From Dehalococcoidia bacterium (GTDB lineage: Bacteria; Chloroflexota; Dehalococcoidia; DSTF01; JACRBR01), in NCBI GenBank assembly GCA_041494685.1, contig JBGQBE010000001.1:124001-144285 (forward strand): 20,285 nt of DNA, read 5' to 3'. Below the pieces are notes generated by a model, which was given only the letters and a program-made list of their open reading frames with translations, was not told the DNA's origin and ran no database searches. Made by a program: the position numbers and the translations under genes. Of the stretch, positions 9,113 to 16,676 are shown one piece after another. Within the stretch, counting starts at the first letter, position 1, and every line of letters starts with the position of its first letter.

Positions 9113-9706
9113 TTGTCTCGAACCGGCCTGTCCCGCCCCCGCGCTGCCGCGCTGGCGCTGCTCGCGTCACTGGCGGTGCTCGCGGCCGGCTGCGGCTACA
9201 TCTCCTTCGGCGATCACCCCGCGAGCGGCTACGGCTACGCCACCGGCGTGCCGCTGCGCGTCGCCGTCATCGACGAAACCGGCGGCGCCGACTGGACGCC
9301 CGCGGTCCAGGCGGCGACGGCGGACTACGCGGCCGCGACGCCGTATCTCGACTTCGTACAGGACCCCGCCGCGGCGAACATCGTGATCAACGTCTACCGC
9401 TACAGCGACAGCACGCCGCCGCAGATCAGGGGCTACCTGTTCCCGTTCGGCGCGGGCGGCTTCACCACGGTCTACGACGAGACCGGCGCGGCCTGCAACT
9501 TCCCTCCGTCTACCCTGCCCGAGAACTGCGACGGCGAGATCGCCACGGCCGACATCTACCTGAACGATGCCATCCCCGCCGGCACTGACATCGACGCGCG
9601 GCGCGAACGGCTGGTCCGCCACGAGCTGGGGCATGCGCTCGGCCTGCAGCGCCACAGCCCCGACCTCGACATCGCCAGCCTGGCCGAGCGCTACGGCTGG
9701 CCGTAG
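9113..9706 (+). CDS. Lipoprotein zinc metallopeptidase, matrixin/metzincin-like
   Basis: Lipobox LAAG-C, ADIYLN strand and HELGHALGL zinc motif. TTG 9113 with AGGAAG upstream; the start is uncertain. Confidence 0.75.
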   Translation: MSRTGLSRPRAAALALLASLAVLAAGCGYISFGDHPASGYGYATGVPLRVAVIDETGGADWTPAVQAATADYAAATPYLDFVQDPAAANIVINVYRYSDSTPPQIRGYLFPFGAGGFTTVYDETGAACNFPPSTLPENCDGEIATADIYLNDAIPAGTDIDARRERLVRHELGHALGLQRHSPDLDIASLAERYGWP

Positions 9707-9884
9707 CGCCGCAACCGCCCGGTCACAGCATGAACCATCGCCGCGCGCGGCTCATCGGAAGTTACGCTGGCAGTCATTGGCGGCTCCTATCGATGCGAAT
9801 TGGCGCGAGTATACAGCGGGCGCGGCGGGCGGCATATGGCGCGCCAACACGCCCGCCGAGGCCTCCGCGAAGCGTCAAGAATGC

Positions 9885-9913
9885 TTGCCCGCGAAGCTGG
9901 ACTGGACTACCAT
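9885..9913 (+). promoter_or_regulatory. Candidate sigma70-type promoter for the aminotransferase gene
   Basis: TTGCCC (9885-9890), 17-nt spacer, TACCAT (9908-9913). Confidence 0.45.
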
Positions 9914-9972
9914 GCCTCTACTATGTGAGAGCAAGCACAATCGCCCTTCGCTCTCAGACAAGGAGCCCCATC

Positions 9973-11088
9973 GTGTCTGTCAACCTGCGTATTCCCGGCC
10001 CGACTCCGTGCGACGAGGATGTCCTGAAGGCCATGTCGCGCCAGATGATCAACCACCGCGGCCCCGAGTTCCGCGAGATCCTCGGGCGCATCACCGCCGG
10101 CCTGCAGGAGATGTTCGAGACCAAGAACGACGTCCTCACGCTGACGTCGGCCGGCACCGGCGCCCTCGAGGCGGCCGTCGTGAACACGCTGTCGCCCGGC
10201 GACCGCGTGCTCTGCGTCTCCATCGGCGTCTTCGGCGACCGCTTCGCCGACATCGGCACGACCTACGGCGCCGCCGTCGAGAAGCTCTCCTTCCCGCAAG
10301 GCACCGCCGCCGATCCGGCCGCCGTCGCCGACGCGCTCAAGAAGGACACGTCGTTCAAGGCCGTCATGGTCACGCACAACGAGACCTCCACCGGCGTCAC
10401 GAACGACCTCGGCGCGATCGCCAAGGCGATCCGCGGCGTGCGCCCGGACATCCTGATCCTCGTCGACGCGATCAGCAGCCTCGGCTCCGTCCCGCTGCCG
10501 ATCGACGCATGGGATCTGGACGTCGTCTTCACCGGCTCGCAGAAGGGCTGGATGGTGCCGCCGGGCATGGCGATGGTGTCCGTCAGCAAGCGCGCCTGGG
10601 CCGCCGTCGAGACGGCGCGCATCCCCCGCTACTACTTCGACTACAAGAAGGCGAAGAGCTACCTGGAGAAGGGCGAGACCCCCTGGACGCCCGCCGTCTC
10701 CGTCTACTTCGCGATGGACGTGGCGCTGGGGAAGCTCCGCGCCGAGGGGCTGGCGAACATCCACGCCCGCCACGCGAGGCTGGGCCAGTTCACCCGCGAC
10801 GGCGTGAAGGCGCTCGGCCTGAAGCTGCTCGCCGACGAGCGCGTCGCGTCGAACACCGTGACCGCGGTCATGGTGCCGGACGGCGTCGACGGCCCCGAGC
10901 TGAACAAGATGATGCGCACCGAGTACAACACGGTGCTCGCCGGCGGCCAGGGGCCGCTCACCGGCAAGATCTTCCGCATCGGCCACCTCGGTCTGGTGTC
11001 GCAGCCGGACCTCCAGGCGTGCCTCGACGCGCTGAAGCTCGCGCTGCCGCGCCTCGGCTTCACCCCGACGGCCGCCGCCGCGCGGTAA
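9973..11088 (+). CDS. Class V PLP aminotransferase (alanine-glyoxylate/serine-pyruvate family), probably acting as phosphoserine aminotransferase
   Basis: Motifs IPGPT, HRGPEF, HNETSTGV, VDAISS, PLP lysine TGSQKG and FRIGHLG. GTG 9973 with AGGAG at 9961-9965. Adjacent to serA. Confidence 0.92.
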   Translation: MSVNLRIPGPTPCDEDVLKAMSRQMINHRGPEFREILGRITAGLQEMFETKNDVLTLTSAGTGALEAAVVNTLSPGDRVLCVSIGVFGDRFADIGTTYGAAVEKLSFPQGTAADPAAVADALKKDTSFKAVMVTHNETSTGVTNDLGAIAKAIRGVRPDILILVDAISSLGSVPLPIDAWDLDVVFTGSQKGWMVPPGMAMVSVSKRAWAAVETARIPRYYFDYKKAKSYLEKGETPWTPAVSVYFAMDVALGKLRAEGLANIHARHARLGQFTRDGVKALGLKLLADERVASNTVTAVMVPDGVDGPELNKMMRTEYNTVLAGGQGPLTGKIFRIGHLGLVSQPDLQACLDALKLALPRLGFTPTAAAAR

Positions 11089-11110
11089 GCGTCACTCACG
11101 CAGCACGACC

Positions 11111-11143
11111 GGAACGGGCGGGCTCGTGTGGCCCGCCCATTCC
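11111..11143. other. Intergenic 13-bp stem-loop (REP-like or attenuating hairpin)
   Basis: GGAACGGGCGGGC-tcgtgtg-GCCCGCCCATTCC, with one mismatch. Confidence 0.6.
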
Positions 11144-11187
11144 GCGTCCCTACCCCGTAGCCGCGCCCCTCGATACGCTGTGACCGC

Positions 11188-12774
11188 ATGAAGAAGATCC
11201 TCGTCGCGGACCCCATCGCCCAGGACGGCATCGACATCCTCAGGCGCGAAGCCGAGGTGGACGTACGCACCGGCCTCAAGCCGGACGAGCTGATCGCCGC
11301 CATTCCGGCGTACCACGCGCTCGTCGTCCGCAGCGAGACCCGCGTCACGCCCGAGGTCTTCGCCGCCGCGAAGCTGCTGCAGGCCGTCGGCCGCGCCGGC
11401 GTCGGCGTCGACAACATCGACCTTCCCGCCGCCACCCAGCGCGGCGTCATCGTCGTCAACGCGCCGCAGGGCAACACGATCTCGGCCGCCGAGCACGCGA
11501 TCGGCCTGATGCTGGCGCTCGCGCGCCACATCCCGGAGGCGAACGCATCGCTCAAGGGCGGCGAATGGAAGCGCGCCAAGTTCGTCGGCGTCGAGGTGCG
11601 CGGCAAGACGCTGGGCGTCGTCGGCCTCGGCCAGGTCGGCTCCGAGGTCGCGCGCCGCGGCAAGGGCCTCGACATGAACGTCGTCGCCTACGACCCGTTC
11701 GTCTCGCCCGAGCGCGCCGCCATGCTCGGCGTCGAGCTGGCCGCGTCGCTGGACGACGTGCTGGCGCGCGCCGACTTCCTCTCGCTCCACACCGTGCTGA
11801 CGGCGCAGACGAAGCACCTGATCGGCGAGCGCGAACTGGCGAAGGTGCGGCCGTCGCTGCGCCTCATCAACACCGCCCGCGGCGACCTGATCGACATCGA
11901 CGCGCTGGTGGCCGCGGTCAACGCGGGCAAGCTCGCCGGCGCGGCCATCGACGTGTTCCCGCAGGAGCCGCCGGACATGGCGAGCGCCGTGCTGCACCAC
12001 GACCGGATCATCGTCACGCCGCACCTCGGCGCATCCACGTCCGAGGCGCAGGAGCGCGTCGCCGTGGACGTCGCCGTGCAGATCCTGGCGATCCTGCGCG
12101 GCGAACCGGCGCAGTACGCCGTCAACGCGCCGATGATCGCCGCCGAGACGATGACCGTGATCGCGCCTTACATCCCGGTGGCCGAGAAGGTCGCCTCGCT
12201 GGCGACGCAGCTCGCCGCCGGCCAGATGGGCAACATCGAGATCGAATACGAGGGCGAGATCGCGCAACACGACACGGCGCCGCTGCGCGCTGCCGTCGTG
12301 AAGGGGCTGGTCTCGCAGATCACGGAAGAGAACGTCACGATCGTCAACGCCAACCTGATCGCCGAGAACCGCGGCATCAAGATCACGGAGCGGAAGAACC
12401 CGGACGAGGACATCTACGCCAACCTGGTGCGCGTCCACATCCACACCAGCGCGGGCGACACGGACGTCACCGGCACCCTCGCGCACGACGGCCCGCACAT
12501 CGTGGCGATCAACGACCTGGCGGTGGACATCCCGACCGGCGAGGGGTGGCTGCTGCTTTGCGAGAACCAGGACCGGCCCGGCATGATCGGCGCGGTCGGC
12601 ACCTTTCTGGGGCAGCACGACATCAACATCAGCTTCATGCGCGTCGGCCGCACCAACGTGCGCGGCAAGGCGCTGATGGCCGTCCGCTCCGACGACCCCA
12701 TCCCGCCCGACCTCATCGAGCAACTACAGCAGATCCCCAACATCCTTTCCGCCCGCGTCACCCGGTTTTCGTAA
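11188..12774 (+). CDS. serA: D-3-phosphoglycerate dehydrogenase (long type with ASB and ACT domains)
   Basis: Motifs VRSET, GRAGVGVDNID, GLGQVG, NTARG, TPHLGAST and a C-terminal ACT DRPGMIG. 528 aa. Confidence 0.96.
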   Translation: MKKILVADPIAQDGIDILRREAEVDVRTGLKPDELIAAIPAYHALVVRSETRVTPEVFAAAKLLQAVGRAGVGVDNIDLPAATQRGVIVVNAPQGNTISAAEHAIGLMLALARHIPEANASLKGGEWKRAKFVGVEVRGKTLGVVGLGQVGSEVARRGKGLDMNVVAYDPFVSPERAAMLGVELAASLDDVLARADFLSLHTVLTAQTKHLIGERELAKVRPSLRLINTARGDLIDIDALVAAVNAGKLAGAAIDVFPQEPPDMASAVLHHDRIIVTPHLGASTSEAQERVAVDVAVQILAILRGEPAQYAVNAPMIAAETMTVIAPYIPVAEKVASLATQLAAGQMGNIEIEYEGEIAQHDTAPLRAAVVKGLVSQITEENVTIVNANLIAENRGIKITERKNPDEDIYANLVRVHIHTSAGDTDVTGTLAHDGPHIVAINDLAVDIPTGEGWLLLCENQDRPGMIGAVGTFLGQHDINISFMRVGRTNVRGKALMAVRSDDPIPPDLIEQLQQIPNILSARVTRFS

Positions 12775-12830
12775 CCAGCGGCGCATCTCCCATCCCCATC
12801 CGCGCTGCCTGGATCACTTCCCTCTTCCAC

Positions 12831-12900
12831 AGCTGTGCCATCTGTGGATTCCGTGGCTCCCCCCAACCGCCATCTGCGTCCATCTGCGTAATCTGCGGAT
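12831..12900. repeat. Short ATCTG(C/T)G 9-10-mer repeats
   Basis: AGCTGTGCC ATCTGTGGA ... ATCTGCGTCC ATCTGCGTA ATCTGCGGA, downstream of serA. Confidence 0.7.
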
Positions 12901-12931
12901 CCCGGCGCTCCGCCCGCGGTAGAATCGCGGC

Positions 12932-13363
12932 ATGAGCGATGCGCTGGCCTTCGTCGACGCCACGCCCGGGCACTTCGCCGCCATCGTGCGCATCGAGCGC
13001 GAGAGCGGCGCCGGGTCGCTCGTCGCGTTCACCGAAGGGCACGCGCTGGCCGAGGCGCTGGAGCGCGGCCACTGGGTCACGATCGCGCTCGATAACGGCG
13101 AGGTCGCCGGCTGGATCTGGTACGCGATCGACGGCGGGCGCGGCGGCGAGGAGATCGGCCAGGTGTTCCGCATCGCCGTGGCCGGCGCGCGGCGGCGCAG
13201 CGGCGTCGGGCGCGCGCTGCTCGCGCACGCGCAGGCCGTGCTCGCGGCGCGCGACTGCACGCGCGTGCGCCTCACGCTCGCCGGCGACGACGCCGGCACG
13301 CGCGCCTTCCTCGCGAGCCTCGGCTACCGCGTCGACGCGATGACGATGGAGCGGCCGCTGTGA
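12932..13363 (+). CDS. GNAT family N-acetyltransferase
   Basis: Motif A IAVAGARRRSGVGRALL and motif B AFLASLGY. TAGAAT lies 6 nt before the ATG. Confidence 0.85.
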   Translation: MSDALAFVDATPGHFAAIVRIERESGAGSLVAFTEGHALAEALERGHWVTIALDNGEVAGWIWYAIDGGRGGEEIGQVFRIAVAGARRRSGVGRALLAHAQAVLAARDCTRVRLTLAGDDAGTRAFLASLGYRVDAMTMERPL

Positions 13364-14466
13364 CGCGCCGCCTCGCGCTGCTGCTGCTCGCGCCGGCGCT
13401 GCTGCTCGCCGCGTGCGCCTCGTCCGTGGGCGCGCCCGAAGCGACGCCGGCGGCCACGACGACAGCGGCGGCGACGGCCAGCACGGCCGCCTCGCCCTCC
13501 CCCGCGCCCACCGCCACGGCGACGGCCGCGCCAGGGGGCGCGTCGATCACGATCGACTTCGTCGGCGACATCAGCCTGGCGCGGCAAGTGGTGGACCGCA
13601 TGCAAGCCGGCGGCGCGGACTACCCGTACGCGCTCATCGCGCCGCTGATGGATGCCGACGCCGGCTTTGCGAACCTGGAGGGTGCGCTGACCGAGCGTGG
13701 CACGCCGTGGCCCAAGGGCTACAACTTCCGCACGCCCCCGCGCTTCGCCGGCGGCCTGCTCCCGGCGGGCTTCAGCGTCGTCACGCTCGCCAACAACCAC
13801 GCCATGGACTACGGCGCGGTCGGCCTCATCGACACGATCGACGCGCTGGACGCCGCGGGCGTGCGGCACGCCGGCGCCGGCGTGAACGCGCTCCAAACGC
13901 ACATCCCCGCCATCATCGAGAAGAACGGGCTGCGCGTCGCCTTCCTGGCCTACGTGGCGACGCCCGACGAGGGCGGCGGCTTCTCGATCCGCGCCTGGGA
14001 GGCCGGCGCGAGCACCCCCGGCATCGCGCTCGGCACGACCGCCGCCATCGCCGCGGACGTGACCGCAGCGCGCCGCATCGCCGACTTCGTGATCGTGGCG
14101 GTGCACGCCGGCGACGAGTACCACAACACGCCGAACGCCACGCAGCGCGCGCTCGCGCAGGCCGCGATGGACGCGGGCGCTGACGCCTACATCGGCGCGC
14201 ACGCCCACGTCGTGCAGCCGGTCGAGCGGCGCGGACGGCAGCTCATCGCCTGGGGGCTCGGCAACTTCGTCTTCGACCTGGATGAGGCGGACCTGGCGAA
14301 CATCCCGCAGCCGCGCGTCTCGCTGATCCTCAAGGTCACGCTGACGAAGGGCGCGGGCGTCACCGCGTACCAGGCCATCCCGGTGACGCTGGACGCCGCC
14401 CAGGACCGCCCCCGCCCCGCCACCCCCGCCGAGGCGGCGGATCTGCAACGCCTCATCGCACCCTAA
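13360..14466 (+). CDS. CapA/PGA_cap family metallophosphoesterase-fold lipoprotein
   Basis: Lipobox LLAA-C, Ala/Thr/Pro linker, and motifs FVGD, NLEG, LANNHAMDYG, HAGDEY, GAHAHVVQP and GLGNFVF. GTGA overlap with the GNAT gene. Confidence 0.9.
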   Translation: MTRRLALLLLAPALLLAACASSVGAPEATPAATTTAAATASTAASPSPAPTATATAAPGGASITIDFVGDISLARQVVDRMQAGGADYPYALIAPLMDADAGFANLEGALTERGTPWPKGYNFRTPPRFAGGLLPAGFSVVTLANNHAMDYGAVGLIDTIDALDAAGVRHAGAGVNALQTHIPAIIEKNGLRVAFLAYVATPDEGGGFSIRAWEAGASTPGIALGTTAAIAADVTAARRIADFVIVAVHAGDEYHNTPNATQRALAQAAMDAGADAYIGAHAHVVQPVERRGRQLIAWGLGNFVFDLDEADLANIPQPRVSLILKVTLTKGAGVTAYQAIPVTLDAAQDRPRPATPAEAADLQRLIAP

Positions 14467-14481
14467 CAGAGCTACACTTCC

Positions 14482-14520
14482 CCAGTCACCAATCACCAAT
14501 CACCAGCGACCAGTCACCAG
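14482..14520. repeat. Heptamer tandem repeat CCARTCA x5
   Basis: CCAGTCA CCAATCA CCAATCA CCAGCGA CCAGTCA CCAG, running into the AGGAG RBS of the SDR gene. Confidence 0.88.
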
Positions 14521-14530
14521 GAGACCAGCA

Positions 14531-15322
14531 ATGGATTTAGGACTGCGGGACCGCGTCGCCATCGTCGGCGGCGCAAGCCAGGGCATCGGCCGCGCGACGG
14601 CGCAGATGCTCGCGGCCGAGGGCTGCCGCGTCGTGATGGCGGCGCGCACCGAGGCCACGCTCAGCGAAGCCGCCGCCGCGATCGCGCGCGAGCCGGGCGG
14701 GGGCGCGGTGCTGCCCGTCGTCTGCGACATGTCGTCGCGCGCCGACATCCAGCGCCTCGTCGCGCGCGCGGTCGCCGAGTTCGGCGGCATCGACGTGCTG
14801 GTGAACAACGCCGGCGGCCCGCCGCTCGGCGGCTTCGAGCAGCACGACGACGAGGCGTGGCGGAAGGCGTTCGACACCAGCCTGATGAGCGTGGTGCGGA
14901 TGGTGCGCGAGGCGCTGCCCTACCTCAAGCGGTCGGACCAGGCGCGCGTCATCAACATCACCTCCACCTCGGTGCGCGAGCCGATCGACGGGCTGATCCT
15001 CTCCAACTCGATCCGCCTGGGCACGACGGGGCTGGCGAAGACGCTCTCGCGCGAGCTCGGCCCGCACGGCATCACCGTCAACAACGTCGGCCCCGGCACC
15101 ACCATGACCGGCCGCATCCGGCCGATCATCGAGGCGCAAGCGAAGGCCGAGGGTCGCAGCTTCGAGGAGATGCGCGACGAGCGCGCGCGCCGCATCCCCG
15201 TGCGCCGCATCGGCGAGCCGGAGGACGTCGCGGCGATGATCGTCTTCCTCGCGTCGGCGCAAGCGCGGCAGGTCAGCGGCCAGACGATCCTCGTGGACGG
15301 CGGCGCGACGGCCGCCGTGTAG
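14531..15322 (+). CDS. SDR family oxidoreductase (FabG-like subgroup)
   Basis: Motifs GGASQGIG, VNNAGG, NNVGPG and GQTILVDGG. The active-site region reads SNSIR. Confidence 0.92.
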   Translation: MDLGLRDRVAIVGGASQGIGRATAQMLAAEGCRVVMAARTEATLSEAAAAIAREPGGGAVLPVVCDMSSRADIQRLVARAVAEFGGIDVLVNNAGGPPLGGFEQHDDEAWRKAFDTSLMSVVRMVREALPYLKRSDQARVINITSTSVREPIDGLILSNSIRLGTTGLAKTLSRELGPHGITVNNVGPGTTMTGRIRPIIEAQAKAEGRSFEEMRDERARRIPVRRIGEPEDVAAMIVFLASAQARQVSGQTILVDGGATAAV

Positions 15323-15328
15323 GACGGC

Positions 15329-15420
15329 AGAACCAAGAACTAAGAACCGAGAACCTACTGCGCACCCGACCCTAGGTTCTAGGTTCTAAGTTCTTGGTTC
15401 TTAGGTCGGTTCTTGGTTCT
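15329..15420. repeat. Inverted pair of AGAACYN heptamer arrays forming a long hairpin between convergent genes
   Basis: Four forward units at 15329-15356, a 17-nt spacer, four reverse units at 15374-15401 and two more at 15407-15420. Confidence 0.92.
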
Positions 15421-15428
15421 AACGTCGG

Positions 15429-15962
15429 TCACGCGACGCCGTCCGCGGCCGGCTCCCAGCCGGGCACGAACTTGCGCCACGCCTCCTCGTTATCCAGGTA
15501 CGGATAGACGACGTAGTAGCTGCTGACGCGCGGCTGGTGCGGCGTCGAGAGCAACGCCATCTTCGCCTCCTGCGGCGTGTAGCCGGCCTTGCGGTGGTTG
15601 CACGTCTTGCACGCCGTCACCAGGTTCTCCCACGTATGGCGGCCGCCGCGGTGGCGCGGCAGCACGTGATCCAGCGTCAGGTCGCGCTGGCCGCGCCGGC
15701 CGCAGTACTGGCAGGTGTGCCGGTCGCGATTGAAGACCTCGCGCCGCGAGAGCCGCATCTGCGGGCGCGGCCGCTTGATCAGGTAGACCAGCCGGATGAC
15801 CGAGGGCAGCGGGAAGATCGTGCTGGCGGAGCGCAGGTGGCCGCGGCCGTGCTCCAGCACCTCCGCCTTGCCGCGATGCACGAGGATGAACGCACGCCGT
15901 GCATTGCAGACGTTGAGCGGCTCGTAGTTCTGATTGAGGACCAGTACGCTGCTTCTGTTCAC
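15429..15962 (-). CDS. HNH endonuclease family protein (McrA-like, stand-alone)
   Basis: VLVLNQNYEPL N-terminus, RDRHTCQYCG, LTLDHVLPRHRGG and WENLVTACKTCNHRK. GTG 15962 is preferred; TGATATCAT (extended -10-like) lies upstream. Confidence 0.9.
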   Translation of the reverse strand: MNRSSVLVLNQNYEPLNVCNARRAFILVHRGKAEVLEHGRGHLRSASTIFPLPSVIRLVYLIKRPRPQMRLSRREVFNRDRHTCQYCGRRGQRDLTLDHVLPRHRGGRHTWENLVTACKTCNHRKAGYTPQEAKMALLSTPHQPRVSSYYVVYPYLDNEEAWRKFVPGWEPAADGVA

Positions 15963-16113
15963 TGACCAGGCCCGCTTCCCGTGTCGTGGCATGATATCAG
16001 CGCCCAAACCGGCCGGGCAACGCCGCGCCGCTCGCCCGACCCTGTACACAGCCCCCGACGCGCCCATAGAATCGGCACGATAGGCTGCAGAACCCTACCC
16101 GAAGGAGCGACGC

Positions 16114-16602
16114 ATGGCGACGAAGCAGGAGATCATCAGCGGAATCGAGTTCCTCATCCAGGAGAGCAAGCGGATGACGGCCAGCCTCACGCCCGACCAG
16201 TGGGCGAAGGTCGTGGACCTTGACGGCTGGAAGAACCAGGAAGTGCTGGCCCACATCTCGAGCATCGGCACGGTAGTCGTGCCCATGGCCTCCGGCTTCG
16301 CGAACGCCGCCGCCGGCGCCGACGCCCTGGCCGGCGCGAACATCGACGCGATGAACGCCGCCTTCGTCAGCGCGCGCGCCGGCAAGACCGCCGCCGAGCT
16401 CACGGACGAAGTGGCGACGTCCTACGCCGGCGTCATCGAGTGGCTGCGGAACGCCCCGGACGACCTGCTCGCGAAGCGCACGACCGCCATGGGGTACAAG
16501 GACGTACCGGTGAGCGACCTGCTGATGCGGATGGTCGTGATGCACGGCATCGCGCACATCTACAGCGTCTACAGCGGCATCATGTTCGGCAGGGGCGAGT
16601 GA
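16114..16602 (+). CDS. DinB/MDMPI N-terminal-like four-helix protein
   Basis: GWKNQEVLAHI and MHGIAH His motifs. AAGGAG RBS. Confidence 0.75.
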   Translation: MATKQEIISGIEFLIQESKRMTASLTPDQWAKVVDLDGWKNQEVLAHISSIGTVVVPMASGFANAAAGADALAGANIDAMNAAFVSARAGKTAAELTDEVATSYAGVIEWLRNAPDDLLAKRTTAMGYKDVPVSDLLMRMVVMHGIAHIYSVYSGIMFGRGE

Positions 16603-16676
16603 GCTGGTTAGCGGTGAGCCGTAAGTGGTTAGCGGTTAGCAGTTAGCGGCGACCACCAGCTAACGGCTAACAGCTA
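16603..16676. repeat. Heptamer (AGCGGTT-like) inverted repeat array with an interrupted right arm
   Basis: AGCGGTG AGCCGTA AGTGGTT AGCGGTT AGCAGTT AGCGG ... AGCTAAC GGCTAAC AGCTA. Confidence 0.88.

Noticed and set aside
9730..9972. 81-aa N-terminal extension of the aminotransferase
   Set aside because: Family similarity begins at VSVNLRIPGPT, and the RBS and candidate promoter lie inside the extension.
9567..12935. Long alternative-frame ORFs (9567-11183, 11092-12723, 11565-12935 and similar throughout the window)
   Set aside because: These are Arg/Pro/Ala-rich shadow frames of real high-GC genes, with no motifs.
13360..14466. Poly-gamma-glutamate capsule locus
   Set aside because: Only a CapA-family gene is present, with no CapB ligase or CapC.
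15329..15962. CRISPR array or Cas9/IscB-like system suggested by repeats beside an HNH gene
   Set aside because: The repeats are contiguous 7-mers without unique spacers. The HNH protein is a 177-aa stand-alone type with no RuvC motifs, and the same repeat occurs beside unrelated genes.
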